The position numbers and the translations under genes are program-made. Below are positions 1 through 12,400 of a stretch of DNA of 64,000 bases, in pieces (within the stretch, counting starts at the first letter, position 1; every line of letters starts with the position of its first letter). Origin of the DNA: Squalus acanthias (lineage: Eukaryota). The DNA is taken from the NCBI GenBank assembly GCA_030390025.1, contig CM059441.1, positions 24,738,001 through 24,802,000 of the forward strand, read 5' to 3'. The notes beneath the pieces were generated by a model. The model made no database searches. It saw only the letters and a program-made list of their open reading frames with translations, and had not been told where the DNA came from.

Positions 1-183
1 TGGTGACCCCAGCTTGCCCTCGCAGTCTATACGCACCAGAGAAGCGGGTAAGTGAGCAAGTTGGGCGCCTCCAGTCTTCATTTGTGACCCTAAATAATAA
101 TCTGATGTGACTTACTGCAAACCCCTCAAAAAATATTTTGTACATTCCTGTAAAACCTCAGCAAATATTGGCACACAAACTCA

Positions 184-320
184 AAAGCAAAATACTGTGG
201 ATGCTGGAAATTTGAAATAAAAACAAAAAAATGCTGGAAATACTCAACAGGTCAGGCAGCATCTGTGGAGAGAGAAACAGAGCTAACGTTTCAGGTCGAT
301 GACCCTTCAAAACTGGGAAA
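184..320 (-). mobile_element. Penelope family A 3' tail
   Basis: Same tail sequence as 30600-30710; hammerhead core partly deleted. Confidence 0.75.
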
Positions 321-323
321 AGG

Positions 324-602
324 AATAATGGCACACTCCCGGAGACCCCCCAGCAAATAATGGCACACTCCTGGAGACCCCCCAGCAAATAATGCCACAC
401 TCCCAGAGACCCCCAGCAAATAATGGCACACTCCCAGAGACCCCCCAGCAAATAATGCCACACTCCTGGAGACCCCCAGCAAATAATGGCACATTCCCAG
501 AGACCCCCAGCAAATAATGGCACACTCCCGGAGACCCCCCAGCAAATAATGCCACACTCCTGGAGACCCCCAGCAAATAATGGCACACTCCCGGAGACCC
601 CC
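324..602. repeat. Minisatellite, 30-31 bp unit, ~9 copies
   Basis: ATAATGGCACACTCCCGGAGACCCCCAGCAA repeated. Confidence 0.93.
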
Positions 603-1179
603 AACTCACGCCGTGTCACTTAATCCCCTGAACCTGCTGGCCAATTAATAACGGCGTGCCTCGTTAACACGCTGTTATTTTTCCAGCAAGATTCAGCCCA
701 ATGTGTTAGTATGTCAACAAATACAGAAAATCTAGGAAAAAATGATTGAAAGTAGAATTGTTGTGCTTACAATCATCAGTATGGCTGACCCCAAATCGAT
801 AGAAATCTAATGACCTTGTGGATCCACAGACCGCACTTTGAAAATCTATGGCTTAATGTATGAGGTTGGAATTGAGGTTTGCACCATGTTGAGTCTGCTA
901 GTTGTTTTCATCACTCAGCCAGCGAGCTGAACTAAGAAGGTCCTGAATGAGCATGAAGATATCTTTATTCTTTCAAATTTCATTGAATTCCTGATAAATG
1001 TGTTAAATAACTTGGTAGCTATTTTAATTTCTCCCTCCCGTTTGGTTTTACACATCCATGTTCCCAGGCTGAAAGCTAGTCCAGAAAATCTGGCCATCAG
1101 TCTTGAACTAACTCAATTGGTAGCGTGCTCACCTCTAGGTCAAAGGGTTGTGGTCCGACACACCGGTGCATTAATAAAA

Positions 1180-1630
1180 AGAAAGAATTGTGTTTATGTA
1201 GCATCTTTCACAACATCAAGATGTCCCAAAGCCAATGAAGTACTTTTGACGTACAGTCGCTGTTGCAATGTAGGAAAAGCAGCAGCCAATTTGTGCACAG
1301 CAAGCTCCCACAAACAGCAATGAGATAAATGGCCACATAATCTGTTTTAGGTGTCAAGGGATAAATATAGGCCAGGACACCAGGGAAAACTCCACTATTT
1401 ATTCTTCAAATAGTGCTGTGGGATCTTTTATGTCCACCTGAGAAGGCATACAGGACCTCGGTTTAATGTCTTACGTGAAAGACGGCACCTCCTGACAGTG
1501 CAGCGCTCCCTCAGTACTGCACTGGGAGTGTCGGCCTAGATTTTTGTGCTCAAGTCTCTGGAGTGGGACTTGAACCCACAACCTCTGACTCAGAGGCGAG
1601 AAGTGCTACCCACTGAGCCACGGCTGACAC
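1180..1630 (-). mobile_element. SacSINE1-like DeuSINE
   Basis: tRNA head, Deu core cagtactgagggagcgctgcactgtc, L2-like tail; the most abundant repeat in the window. Confidence 0.8.
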
Positions 1631-2069
1631 TTACTCGAGTGCGGCACTGTTAGAGGCACTGCCTTTCAGATGAAACGTAAACCAAGAGCCCGTCCGTGTG
1701 TTCAGGTCGATGTTGAAGATCCCATGGCACAATTTGAAGAAGAGCAGGGGGAGTTCGCCCAGTGTTTTGGGCCAACATTCCTCCCACAATCAGCAGCACG
1801 AGAAACAAATTAACTTGACTTATTCATCCAGTTGTTATTTGTAGGGTGAAAATTGGCTGCTGCATTTGCCGAAGTAACAACAGTCACTGGGGCAGATCTT
1901 GATAACTTTGTGCGACGCTGTGAAACGAGCGAGAGCGAGTCGGCAGCCCGTTTTACATCTCTCCCCATGTTGGTTTCCATTGGAGTCTGAAACACGTCAT
2001 GACACCAGACGAGCTCTTGCACTTGCGTATGTTTTTATGGTTCAAGATATTCCACTTTGTGTCCCCCAG

Positions 2070-2140
2070 CTCCCACAGTTGCTCCATCAAGCATCACCGG
2101 TGGAGGCGGAGATCAGCACGAGGTCACAATTCTGTGGGCG
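2070..2140 (+). CDS. CNTN2: Contactin-2 internal exon (start of second FN3 domain)
   Basis: cccccag| acceptor, |gtaagt donor; encodes (A)PTVAPSSITGGGGDQHEVTILWA, matching contactin-2 APSVAPSGLSGGGG...W; ends phase 0. Confidence 0.93.
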
Positions 2141-2504
2141 GTAAGTAATCAGGAAAGCCCGAGACTGAAACTGGAGAGGAGAGCAGGCTCACAGTGGGGA
2201 GGGTCCTTGTGTGGTGAACTGCAGAGTGGAGGATTTAGGCTAAAAACCAGAGATTTATTTATTTTCAACTGAGAGACAAAACCTTTATTGTCCCTTCCCC
2301 CTTCCCTCCACGTTCAGGGCTTGGATACAGAACTAAAGGACACACGCACAAAATCAACAGATCTCACGTGGGACTGGAGAATGCCAGAAATGTTTTTCCC
2401 CACGAAACAATTGTTTCGTGGGTCAGATTTCCTACTTTATCTCACCCTATCAGCATAACCTTCTATTCCTTTCTCCCTCATGTGTTTTTCTAGCTTCCCC
2501 TTAA

Positions 2505-3565
2505 ATGAAACAAAAAAAGAGGGTGTATGATGCATGTCAGGGGAATTCTTCAAGGGAGAACCAGACCAAATACAATAAGTTGAGAGGGGATGTGAAGATG
2601 AAAATAAGACTGGCAAAGAAAGAATATGAGAGTAGACTGGCAGTTAACATAAAAGGGAACCCAAAAATCTTCTACCGGCATGTAAACAGTAAGCGGGTAG
2701 TAAGAAGCGGGGTAGGGGCCTATTAGAGACAAAGAAGGTGATATATGCTTAGAGGCGCAGGCTAGAATACTCAATGAATACTTTGTATCAGTGTTTACTA
2801 AGAAGGTGGATGCTGACAAAATATCGGTAGAAGTGGAAAAGGTTTTAAAGAGTGTGCAGGGACAGAGGGACCTGGGAGTTAATGTGCATAGGTCCCTGAA
2901 GGTGGCAGGACATATTGAAAGAGTGGTTAACAAAGCATATGGGATCTTGGGCTTCATAAATAGAGGTATTGTGTACAAAAGTAGGGAAGTTATGCTGAAC
3001 TTTTATAAAGCGCTGGTTAGGCCACAACTGGAGTATTGCGTCCAGTTCTGGTCACCACACTTTAGGAAGGATGTGAAGGCCCTTGAGAGGGTGTAGAGGA
3101 GATTTACCAGAATGGTTCCGGGGATGGGGGATCTTAGCTACAAGGACAGATTGGAGAAGCTGGATTTGTTTTCATTAGAGCAAAGGAGGTTGAGGGGTGA
3201 TTTGATAGAGGTGTACAAGATTATGACGGATTTGGATAGGCTAGACGGGGAAACGCTGTTCCCACTAGTTGATGGTACAAGGACTAGGGGACACAGATTT
3301 AAGGTTTTGGGCAAGAGACACAGGGGTGATGTGAGGAAAAAGAATTTTACGCAGCGAGTAGTGAGGACCTGGAACTCGCTACCGACGGAAGTGGTGGAGG
3401 CGGAGACACTCAATGTTTTCAAGGGGAGACTGGATAGGCACTTGAGGGAAATAAACTTGCAGGGCTACAGGGATAGAGTGGGGAAATGGAACTGACTGGA
3501 TTGCTCTACAGAGAGCCGGCACGTGCTCAATGGGCCGAATGGCCTCCTTCTGTGCCGTTATGACT
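2505..3565 (+). mobile_element. CR1 LINE fragment with internal deletions
   Basis: LVRPQLEYCVQFWSP, RRLRGDLIEVYK, FTQRVVRTWNSLP motifs. Confidence 0.9.
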
Positions 3566-3569
3566 CATT

Positions 3570-4823
3570 GGACTGGATTTTGTGAATGGAGGCGAGTTGG
3601 AGGTGGGACTGCTGCTTGTCATAGAAACATAGAATCTAGGAGCAGGAGTAGGCCATTCAGCCCGTCGAGCCTGCTCCGCCATTCAATACGATCATGGCTG
3701 ATCATCCAAATCCAGTACCCTGTCCCTGCTTTAATCCCCACAGTACACATATCCCACCCTACCCCCGTAACCCCACGTATTTAATTCCCCCTAACATATC
3801 CCATCCTATCCCCATAACCCCACATATTTAATCCCCCCTAACACTAAGGGTCAATTTATCATAGCCAAATCAACCTAACCCACACATTTTTGGACTGTGG
3901 GAGGAAACCGGAGCACCCGGAGGAAACCCACGCAGACACGGGGAGAATGTGCAAACTCCACACAGACAGTCACCCGAGGTCAGATTCGAACCCGGGTCTC
4001 TGGCGCTGTGAGGCACCAGTGCTAACCACTATGCCACCGTGTTGTCGTGTCAATGTCCCGCCTCCATCCTCGCCTGACCATTCAGAGGGATTTTCCCCTG
4101 ATTGAGCTTATTAAGCCCGCCCTGCGGGCTCAGCAGGCCAATTAGGGAAGAAGTCACTGACAGATCACGTCAACGTCAGACGTGCTATCTGTCAAGGCTT
4201 CTTGAAAGAAGAAATGACAGCGTTTGACAGCTCTGTGAAACTGTCAAACACTGACATTCTCTTTAGTTTGATGAGTCTTTGAGGTGAGGACTCATCAAAC
4301 ATTGCAAATTTGTAAATTTCTGATGGATCGGAGGGTCCATCAGCCATTACCTGAAATTGACAAGCAGGATGTCGGCTCTCCCGATCCTCCGCGGCTAAAG
4401 GCTATGGAAGGAAAACAAGGTAAGTGAACACTTTTTTAAACTTATCACTCACCTTGCATACTTACCACTCCACACTTGCGCCCATCACTCACCTCTACAC
4501 CTTACTTCCAGGTGCCTCCGACCGCCGCAGACCTCCTCCACGTCTCCTCCAACCCGGCGGGGTTCTCCGAGGTCGGGAAGCCTTCACCTGTGAAGGTAAA
4601 ATGGCACTAATCCTTTTTCCTGCCTGTTAACAGGCAGTTAAAAGGATTAAATGCCTTTCCCGCCTCCAGGAGACGGGACCCGAAGCTGCATATCTTCCCG
4701 CCTCCTGGCAAGTGGGCACGGAGGCGGGATGGGGGCGGGTTTGCCATCCGCCCCCAATTTCTCCAAGTTTACCAGCAGTCCCGCCTCCATGCCCGCCTCC
4801 TCGGGGCTTGGAAAATCCAGCCC
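3570..4823. mobile_element. MITE (PIF/Harbinger-like), interrupted by V-SINE
   Basis: Termini GGACTGGATTTT / AAAATCCAGCCC; homologous in reverse orientation to 42790-43623. Confidence 0.7.
3621..4040 (-). mobile_element. HE1-like V-SINE (tRNA head, CR1 tail)
   Basis: A/B boxes, V-domain gtgtctgcgtgggtttcctccgggtgctccgg, CR1-like 3' tail; near-identical to 41828-42246. Confidence 0.85.
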
Positions 4824-4844
4824 TATGACTCGAAATGTATCTAT

Positions 4845-5110
4845 GCTATAGCTCCTCAACAACTCCATGTGGTAGCGAGTTCCACGTTCTAACCACACTC
4901 TGGGTCAAGAAGCTGCCCCTGAATTCCCCATTGGATTTACTAGTGATCTGATATTTATGACCCCCTGGTTTTGGTCTCCCCCACAAGTGGAACCATCTTC
5001 TTTACATCTACCCTCTCGAACCCTTTCATAATCTTAAAGACCTCTATCAGGTCACCCCACAGTCTTCCCTTTTCTAGAGAAAAGAGCCCCAGCCTGTTCA
5101 GCCTTGCCTG
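4845..5110 (-). mobile_element. CR1 fragment
   Basis: RLGLFSLEK...GDLIEVFKIMKG on minus strand. Confidence 0.85.
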
Positions 5111-5487
5111 GTCAGTATAAAAACTTGTGGTACTGGATTTGGTCTCGGCAGGGCTGGGACAGGAAAGAGAAAATATTCCGCCAGTGCCCCCACTCTTGAT
5201 CACTATCAACTGACCCCCCCCCCATTACTCTAAAGGGTGTGGATATTGGGCGAGGATCAGGTTTGCATGTGATGCTGCTGTAGTTGAGCAGCCCACTGAA
5301 ATTCACAGTTGAGTCTTACTCATGAACTTTGGACACATGCTTGAGGTGGGGAAAGGATTGCTGGTGCCAGGGGAACTCAATCCCAGTACGAGTCAGCTCC
5401 TTCAAAAGAAGAGGATGAGGGGGGGTGGAGGGGGGATTAGAAAGCTTCTCCGGATTTTAACTTTCCTATTTATTGATTTATTTTAAG

Positions 5488-5722
5488 CCTGTGCCACGCG
5501 AGTACCAGAACGGCGAGGGCTTTGGCTACATCATCACCTTTCGAAAGGAGGAGACGAAAGACTGGAGGAACGCAAAGGTTCTGGGCGCAGAGTCCTCACG
5601 GTACGTTTACCGGAATGATACGGTCGCATCGTACAGTCGATTTGAAGTGAAGGTGAAGGCCTTCAACAACAAGGGTCAGGGACCGTACAGCCAGACTACA
5701 GTCGTCTACTCAGCAGAGGAAG
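5488..5722 (+). CDS. CNTN2: Contactin-2 exon (FN3)
   Basis: ttttaag| and |gtaagg; PVPREYQNGEGFGYIITFRK...FEVKVKAFNNKGQGPYSQTTVVYSAEE; phase 0 in, phase 1 out. Confidence 0.96.
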
Positions 5723-5849
5723 GTAAGGCTGGTGATCCCAACTCTCTGTCATCGTCCGTACTTTTGTCCTCAATTTCGTACAATCATTTAGGCTTTCTTC
5801 TATAGTTGCACCTCCCCCACCATTGTTTTATTAGGGTAATATATTCATT

Positions 5850-6380
5850 GAATCACGCTGCACAGAAGGCGGCCATTTGGCCCATCGTGCCTGTGCCGGC
5901 TCCTTGAAAGAGCTATCCAATTAGTCCCACTCCCCACCCCCACTGCTCTTTCCCCATAGCCCTGCAAATATTTCCCTTTCAAGTATTTATCCAATTCTCT
6001 TTTGAAAGTTACTATTGAATCTGCTTCCACCACCCATTCAGGCAGCGCATTCCAGATCATAACTACTCGCTGCATAAAAAAAAATTCTCCTCATTTCTTC
6101 CCTGGATTTTAATTAGCTTAAATATGTTTTCTCTGTTTACCAACCCTCCTGCCAGTGGAAACAGTTTCTCCGTATCTACGCTACCAAAACCCCTGATGAT
6201 TTTGAACACCTCTATCAAATCTCTTAACCTTCTCTGCTCTAAGGAGAACAACCCAGCTTCTGCAGTCTCTCTATGTTATTGTAGCCCCTCATCCCTGGTA
6301 CCATCCTCGTAACTCTTCTCTGCACCCTCTCCAAGGCCTTGTCATCCTTCCTGAAGTGTGGCGCCCAGAATTGGACACTG
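5850..6380 (-). mobile_element. CR1 3' fragment
   Basis: VQFWAPHFRKD, FSLEQRRLRDLIEVFK, WNALP motifs. Confidence 0.88.
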
Positions 6381-6647
6381 CATTTCAGGAAGGATGTCAA
6401 TGGTGTGATTTCTTGGTGGGGCACCTTAACAAACGGAAAGGAGACTGAATGGACAATGGTCGTCCTCCATTATCTCGTCCATCTTCATCTGTTAGCCAAG
6501 CTGGTGAACGTTGGTAGCCTAGTAAATCTCCTCTGCACCCTCTCCAAGGGGTGGAACCCATTCATTGTCTAATCTGATGGGCTAGTCTGCCAACCTGCAC
6601 GTCCATCTCACAACGAATTGAAAACAAATTTTTCTCCCTCCCCTCAG

Positions 6648-6763
6648 AACCGAGCGTTGCCCCCTCTGGGGTGTCGGCCAGCAGCCTCTCCTCCTCCGAA
6701 ATCGAGGTGAGCTGGAAGCCAGTCGGACAGGTCACCATGAACGGTAAACTGCTGGGCTACGAG
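6648..6763 (+). CDS. CNTN2: Contactin-2 exon (FN3)
   Basis: ccctcag| and |gtgagc; (E)PSVAPSGVSASSLSSSEIEVSWKPVGQVTMNGKLLGYE; phase 1 in, phase 0 out. Confidence 0.96.
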
Positions 6764-7127
6764 GTGAGCTGCTCTTTTTTGCCTTTACCCCTTTCCCAGC
6801 GGGGAGGGCGTTGTGTTCAGGGCCACGGGACGCGGAAAAATTATCTCGGAGCTGCTCCCGCATTCCCCCCCGCTCCCCCGGGAGGTTTCCCGCCGTGCTT
6901 CTGTGAAGTCATGTCGTCAGAGCTCCAAGGAGTTTCCCCGCCACGGTGAGGCTCTTATTAATAAATCCACGGAAGTCTACTTGCTTCATGGAAATAGGTA
7001 GAAACCGAAGAAAATAGTTTGATTTCAAAGACGTTAATTTTTATTAAACAAAAAGTCTTTGATAAATGGTCTTATGATTCTATTGGGAAGTGTAGGAACG
7101 ATTGTGGGAGCCAGCTTTGAATTAACT

Positions 7128-7540
7128 GTGTCAGTTGTAGCTCAGTTGGTAGCACCCTCGCCTGAGTCAGATACTTGAGCGCATAATCTAGGCTAACACA
7201 AAGTGCAGTGCTGAGGGAGTGCTGCACTGTCAGAGGTGCCGTCTTTCGGATAAGATGTTCACTCGCGGGCCCCGTCTGCCCGCTCAGGTTAATGGAAAAG
7301 ATCCCATGGCACTCTTTCGAAGAAGAGCAGGGGAGTTCTCCTCGCTGTCCTGGGCCAATAGTTATTCCTCAACCAACATCACTAAAACAGAGGAACTGGT
7401 CATTATCACGATGTTGTTTGTGGGAGCTTGCTGTGCGCAAATTGGCTGCCACGTTTCCCACATTAGAACAGTATTTATTGGCAGTAACGTGCTTTGGTTG
7501 TGAGGCCGTGAAAGGTGCTATATGCAAGTTCTTTCTTTCT
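7128..7540 (+). mobile_element. DeuSINE
   Basis: Same family as 22375-22835. Confidence 0.78.
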
Positions 7541-8075
7541 AACTTGATCTGAGTTGGAGCAAGAGGTACGGCACTATGGTTGAGGTCAACACTACTGGAA
7601 GGGGAAATAAAATCTGCCTGGGTTTCCTCTCCTAACCGCTATCTAGCGATTTCTGGTGAGCATGTATACATGGGGCGCGGACAGGATCGGGCTTTGCTGT
7701 GATGCTCCCACAGTCGAATAACCGGCGGACCCTCGCTTCTAGACTCGCGCGAAAAGAGCGGTGACTTTGGTGAGGTGGTGGAGGCACTCAGCAGGAGTCA
7801 GTACCTTCGGGGAGAAAGGTTGAGAGGCTTGCATCTCAACCCAATGTTCATTTCCACTGACTTCAGTGGGGGAGAGACGTAAAACAGGCTGCCGACTCGC
7901 GATCACCCATTCTACACGATCGCGCAGAGTCAAAACTGCCCCCAGACAGGCTGGTTTGAAACACCCTAATGGGCAGCTTACCTACAGCTTGTTTTTTCGC
8001 TTCATTATTTTCTTTTAACGCTCTCCATTCTTCTTTCCTTGGTTTTTGTTTTGTACATTTTTCCCATCTCCAAAG

Positions 8076-8262
8076 ATCAGGTACTGGAGAGAGAACGATA
8101 AAGAGGCTTCAGCGGATCGAGTGAGGACCCTTGGGCTTGAAACGTCAGCCCAGGTCCCAGACCTGAAGCCCAGCACTCTGTACCACGTGAAGGTCAGGGC
8201 CTACAACAGTGCTGGCAGCGGCCCTTCCAGTCCCTCCACAATCGTCGTCACCAAGAAAGCGC
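8076..8262 (+). CDS. CNTN2: Contactin-2 exon (FN3)
   Basis: ccaaag| and |gtgagt; [25 protein letters not shown]...[18 protein letters not shown], close to CNTN2 IRYWKAGDKEAAADRVRT; phase 0 in, 1 out. Confidence 0.96.
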
Positions 8263-8324
8263 GTGAGTACGGTGCTGCTGTTTAAGGGTTTAGCGCTTGG
8301 AGGAGAGCGATTTACAGAAGAGAA

Positions 8325-9150
8325 AGAAGATTTACAAGTATGATACCAGAAATGCGAGGGTACACCTATCAGGAAAGGATGAACAGGCTGGGTCTCTCTT
8401 CTCTTGAAAAGAGAAGGCTGAGGGGTGACCTAATAGAGGTCTTTAAAATCATGAAAGGTTTTGATAGAGTGGATACAGAGAGAGTGTTTCTGCTTGTGGG
8501 GAAGAGCATAACTGGAGGACATCAATATAAGATAGTCACCAAGAAATCAAATAGGGAATTCAGAAGAAACTTCTTTACCAAGAGAATGTGGAACTCGCTA
8601 CCACAGGGAGTGGTTGAGGCGAATAGTAGAAATGCATTTAAGGGGAGGTTAGATAAGCTTATGAGGGAAAAGGGACTAGAGGGTTATGCTGATAGATTTG
8701 GATGAGGAAAGACGGGAGGAGGCTCGAGTGGAGCATAAACGCCGGCATGGACTGGTTGGGCCGAATGGACTGGTTGGGCCGAATGGCCTGTTTCTGTGCT
8801 GTATGCCCTATGTAATCCTGTGTAATGAATGGCATTGGCGGTCCAAATCCTCCACTTGTGCGGGAATCCAAAACCAGGGGGTCATAAATATAAGATAGTT
8901 ACTAATAAATCCTATAGGGAGAAATATCTTTGCCCAGAGAGTGGTTACAATGTGGAACTCGCTACCACAGGGAGTGGTTGAGGCAAATAACATAGAGGCA
9001 TTTAAGGGGAAGCTGGATAAACACATGCGGGAGAAAGGAATAGAAGGTCATTCTGATAGGGTGAGATTAAGTAAGGTGGGAGGAAGCTCGTGCGGAGGGT
9101 TAACCAGTCAGGCCGAATAGCCTGTTTCTGTGCCGTAAATTCTATGTAAA
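8325..9150 (+). mobile_element. Two tandem CR1 3' fragments
   Basis: ORF 8340-8705 with CR1 motifs and tail to ~8825; second older tail ~8870-9150. Confidence 0.88.
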
Positions 9151-9467
9151 GATTCAAACTCACTGTATCTACTGGAGAGTATTTGGAATATGGTGGGCCA
9201 CCTTTGTTATCCTACATGTGGAAGGACATTGATGAACTGGAGTAGGTTCAGAGACAAGCAACAAGGATTAGGAGAACTGAGTTTGTGGAAAAGAAAATGG
9301 AGGGGAGACATAGCCCAAGTCTTTAAAATGCTCAGAGGTATAAATAATATAAGTGTCTGACTTGGACTGTGAGCACAGACTGGAGGACGCAAGTTTAACA
9401 TTAACAAATCTCAAATGAGTCAAGTATAGGCACAATTACTGATAAAATGATGGTAACCCCGCCTATA

Positions 9468-9716
9468 AATATGCCCCACCCATGCTAATACCCAGCCCAC
9501 ACGCTTGCCCTGCCCACACATATACACCGCCCACACGCATGCCTCGACCGCACACAAGCCCTGCCCATGCCCCGCCCATGCACATGCCCCACCCACACAC
9601 ATGCCCCGCCCATACATATGCCCCACCTACATGCATGACCCACCCACGCACATGCCCCGCCCATACATATGCCCCGCCCCTCCACATGCCCCGCCCCACA
9701 CATGCCCCGCCCATGC
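9468..9716. repeat. Degenerate C-rich minisatellite
   Basis: CACATGCCCCGCCC / CATACATATGCCC units. Confidence 0.85.
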
Positions 9717-10834
9717 TCCTGCTCCATCCACCTTTTTTCTCCTATCCAGATGCCTTTTTCTCAACGCTAACTCAAGCCAATTACCATTCTTCACAAAACT
9801 ACCTGATCCCGCAGTTCCCAGACCTCTTTCGGGCAGGGTCTCACAAAAAAAGTGTCAGCTTCCCACACTTCTCTGGGGGTGGAAATAGTGGTAGGACTGC
9901 AAAAAATGTTTCATTCTCCTCCCTCGCTTCTCTTTCTCTCCAGCTCTCCTCCTTTATGTTTTGCCACCTCTCCTTCCATTGTTGCCCTCTCACTCTCCTC
10001 CTTCAATGTCGGAGCTCTCCCGACTTATTAAGACGAGGCCCAAGGTCCAAATTTTGGTGGCCCTCGGGCCCAGCCTCTTCTGGTGCAGTCAGCGTTACAC
10101 GCCACCCAATTCGCGTCCGTAAACGGGCTTGAACAAATTTATTCCCCTGGGGTGTCACTCGGTGGGAGCGCTGATTGGGGAATCTGGCGTGGAAGCGGGA
10201 ACACCTCAGTCAGGACACCTCCTGATTTTGCCAGTAATATTGACTGGCGAATCTGGAGTCCTGCAAACCAGGAGCGCTGGAGCACCACATGCAGTCTCTG
10301 ATGTGTTCTCCCATCAAGCGAGACGCCCCACTTGGCACACAGGCTCGATGAGTTCATCCCTTGTTCCCCTCCTAGTGGTGGATGCAGACACCTGCCAAAA
10401 TTAACGGAGCAAGCTTAGATTAACCTCGGAAAAAGAACTGAATAAATATCTTGTGGGGAAGCAGAAGTTATTGGAGGGGTACAGAACAATATGGTCAGAT
10501 ATTCATGGCACACAATGGATGCACTGTTGACGAGGCTTCAGGGGTCTGTGGTGTCTGTGGAGAGCCGTAGGCTGGTGTTGATTAAGTGGAGATGGATGAA
10601 TATTCTGGAGTTTTGCTTTCGGAATCGGGGAATGTTTCGGCAGAATTTGGTCTGGAATTAAATGGGAGGGTTAGGACCTTTCCATGCTGTAGTACAGTGG
10701 TAGTGGGACTAGACTAGCGACCCTGAGGTCATGAGTTCACATCAAAACCATGGCAAGTTGTGACATCAAATTCAATAAATCTGGCAGTTTACAGGAAAAT
10801 ATGATCGTGAAAACTGCTCCAATGTCATAAGAAT

Positions 10835-11205
10835 TTTTTTTTTTATTCGTTCATGGGATGTGGGCGTCGCTGGCAAGGCCAGCATTTATTGCCCATCCCT
10901 AATTGCCCTCGAGAATGTGGTGGTGCTCCCACAGTGCTGTTAGGTAGGGAGTTCCAGGATTTTGACCCAGCGACGATGAAGGAACGGCCGATATACTTCC
11001 AGGTCAGGATGGTGTGTGACTTGCAGGGGAACTTGGAGGTGGTGGTGTTCCCATGCACCTGCTGCCCTTGTCCTTCTAGGTGGCGGAGGTCGCGGGTTTG
11101 GGAGGTGCTGCCGAAGAAGCCTTGGCGAGTTGCTGCAGGGCATCTTGTAGGTGGTACACACTGCAGCCACGGTGCGCCGATAGTGGAGGGAGCGAACGTT
11201 TAAGG
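10835..11205 (-). mobile_element. 3' end of a second CR1/L2-group LINE family
   Basis: SLHYRRTVAAVCTTYKM and RSFIVAGSKSWNSLP; poly-A tail; tail shared with SINEs at 35040 and 59105. Confidence 0.75.
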
Positions 11206-11766
11206 TGGTAAGGTAATAATTCAACTGGTTGGCTAATGTCCTCCAAGGAGTTGGACTTTCTTATGACCAAGTAAGGCTCAAACACTAGAGTAAGCTACGA
11301 TAACACCTCATTAGCGCAGAAGCACGGCATTCATAAGCAATGCGTCTATACTCACAATTGGAAGCCCCATTGGGAGTTTTCTTGCTGCTACCTCGCGCGA
11401 AGCCAAGACCCTTGGGAACAGAGTGCTCCTCGCCCCTTGGGCAGTTTACATGCTTCTATCAGAACAAAGCCATGCTCATTAGCACCAACTATCATAACAT
11501 ACCATGAATGTTAAACCTCCTCCCTCTGGAAAACCAGTCCTAAAGTCTGCATCTTGCACCTTCTCGGCGCCTTAGCTTGTTTTTCACATTCTGAACCCTT
11601 TTCCACTGGCTCTGACTTGTTTATCCCTCTAAGTATGCGCTCATCCCTGTTATAGAGAAGAGTTAAGGGTTCCCAGTCCCCGTACCCAGTAATTTACCAT
11701 CACGAGTTCAGCACAAGCAGAGTATATTTGTTCCCGATAGCAATGTGTCTGAAATTGAGTTTGAAA

Positions 11767-12109
11767 ATGCCTGAGGAGAAGAAAGCAGCTCCCAAGAAGG
11801 GCGCCAAAGAAAGCCCTGAATAAAGCGGCAGCAAAGGGCGGCATGAATGGGAGAAGGTGGAGGAAGGAGAGTTACTCCATCTACGTCTACAGAGTGACGA
11901 AGCAGGTTTGCCCCTCAACACCCCGGCTTCTCCTCCTAGACCATGAGTATCGTGGCCTCGTTTGCGAACGGTACTTTTGAGCGTGTGACGGGGTGAGGCT
12001 TCCTGCCTGGCCCATTACAACAATCGCTCGACCATCAGCTCCCAGGAGATCCAGACCGCTGTGCGCCTGCTGCCGCCCCAAGGAGCTGGCCAAACACACT
12101 GTGTCGGAG
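11767..12109 (+). pseudogene. Histone H2B pseudogene, frameshifted and 3' truncated
   Basis: MPEEKKAAPKKGAK...RKESYSIYVYRV...[22 protein letters not shown]...ELAKHTVSE across several frameshifts; runs directly into a CR1 fragment. Confidence 0.92.
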
Positions 12110-12400
12110 TAGACTAGGCCTATATTCTCTAGAGTTTAGAAGAATGAGAGGTGATCTCATTGAAACATACAAAATTCTTACAGGGCTTGACAGGGTAGAT
12201 GCAGGGAGGATGTTTGCCCTGGCTAGGGAGTCTAGAACCAGGGGTCACAGTCTCAGAATAAGAGGTCGGCCATTTAGGACTGAGATGAGGAGAAGTTTCT
12301 TCACTGAGAGGGTGGTGAATCTTTGGAATTCTCTACCCCAGAGGTCTGTGGAGGCTCAGTCGTTGAGTATATTCAAGACAGAGATTGATAGATTTTTGAA
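12107..12400 (+). mobile_element. CR1 fragment
   Basis: MRGDLIETYKILTG...WNSLPQR. Confidence 0.88.

Noticed and set aside
324-602. CRISPR-like repeats and overlapping ORFs
   Set aside because: Head-to-tail units with no unique spacers, eukaryotic context, no cas genes; ORFs are a by-product of the repeat.
5473-5805. ORF-track starts and ends for contactin exons
   Set aside because: True boundaries are set by splice sites; ORF extensions are intronic.
9482-10132. 216-aa Pro/His-rich ORF
   Set aside because: Built on a low-complexity minisatellite inside an intron; no recognisable domain.
11210-11650. Unique sequence upstream of the H2B pseudogene as a possible retroelement fragment
   Set aside because: No motif or termini I could identify with confidence.
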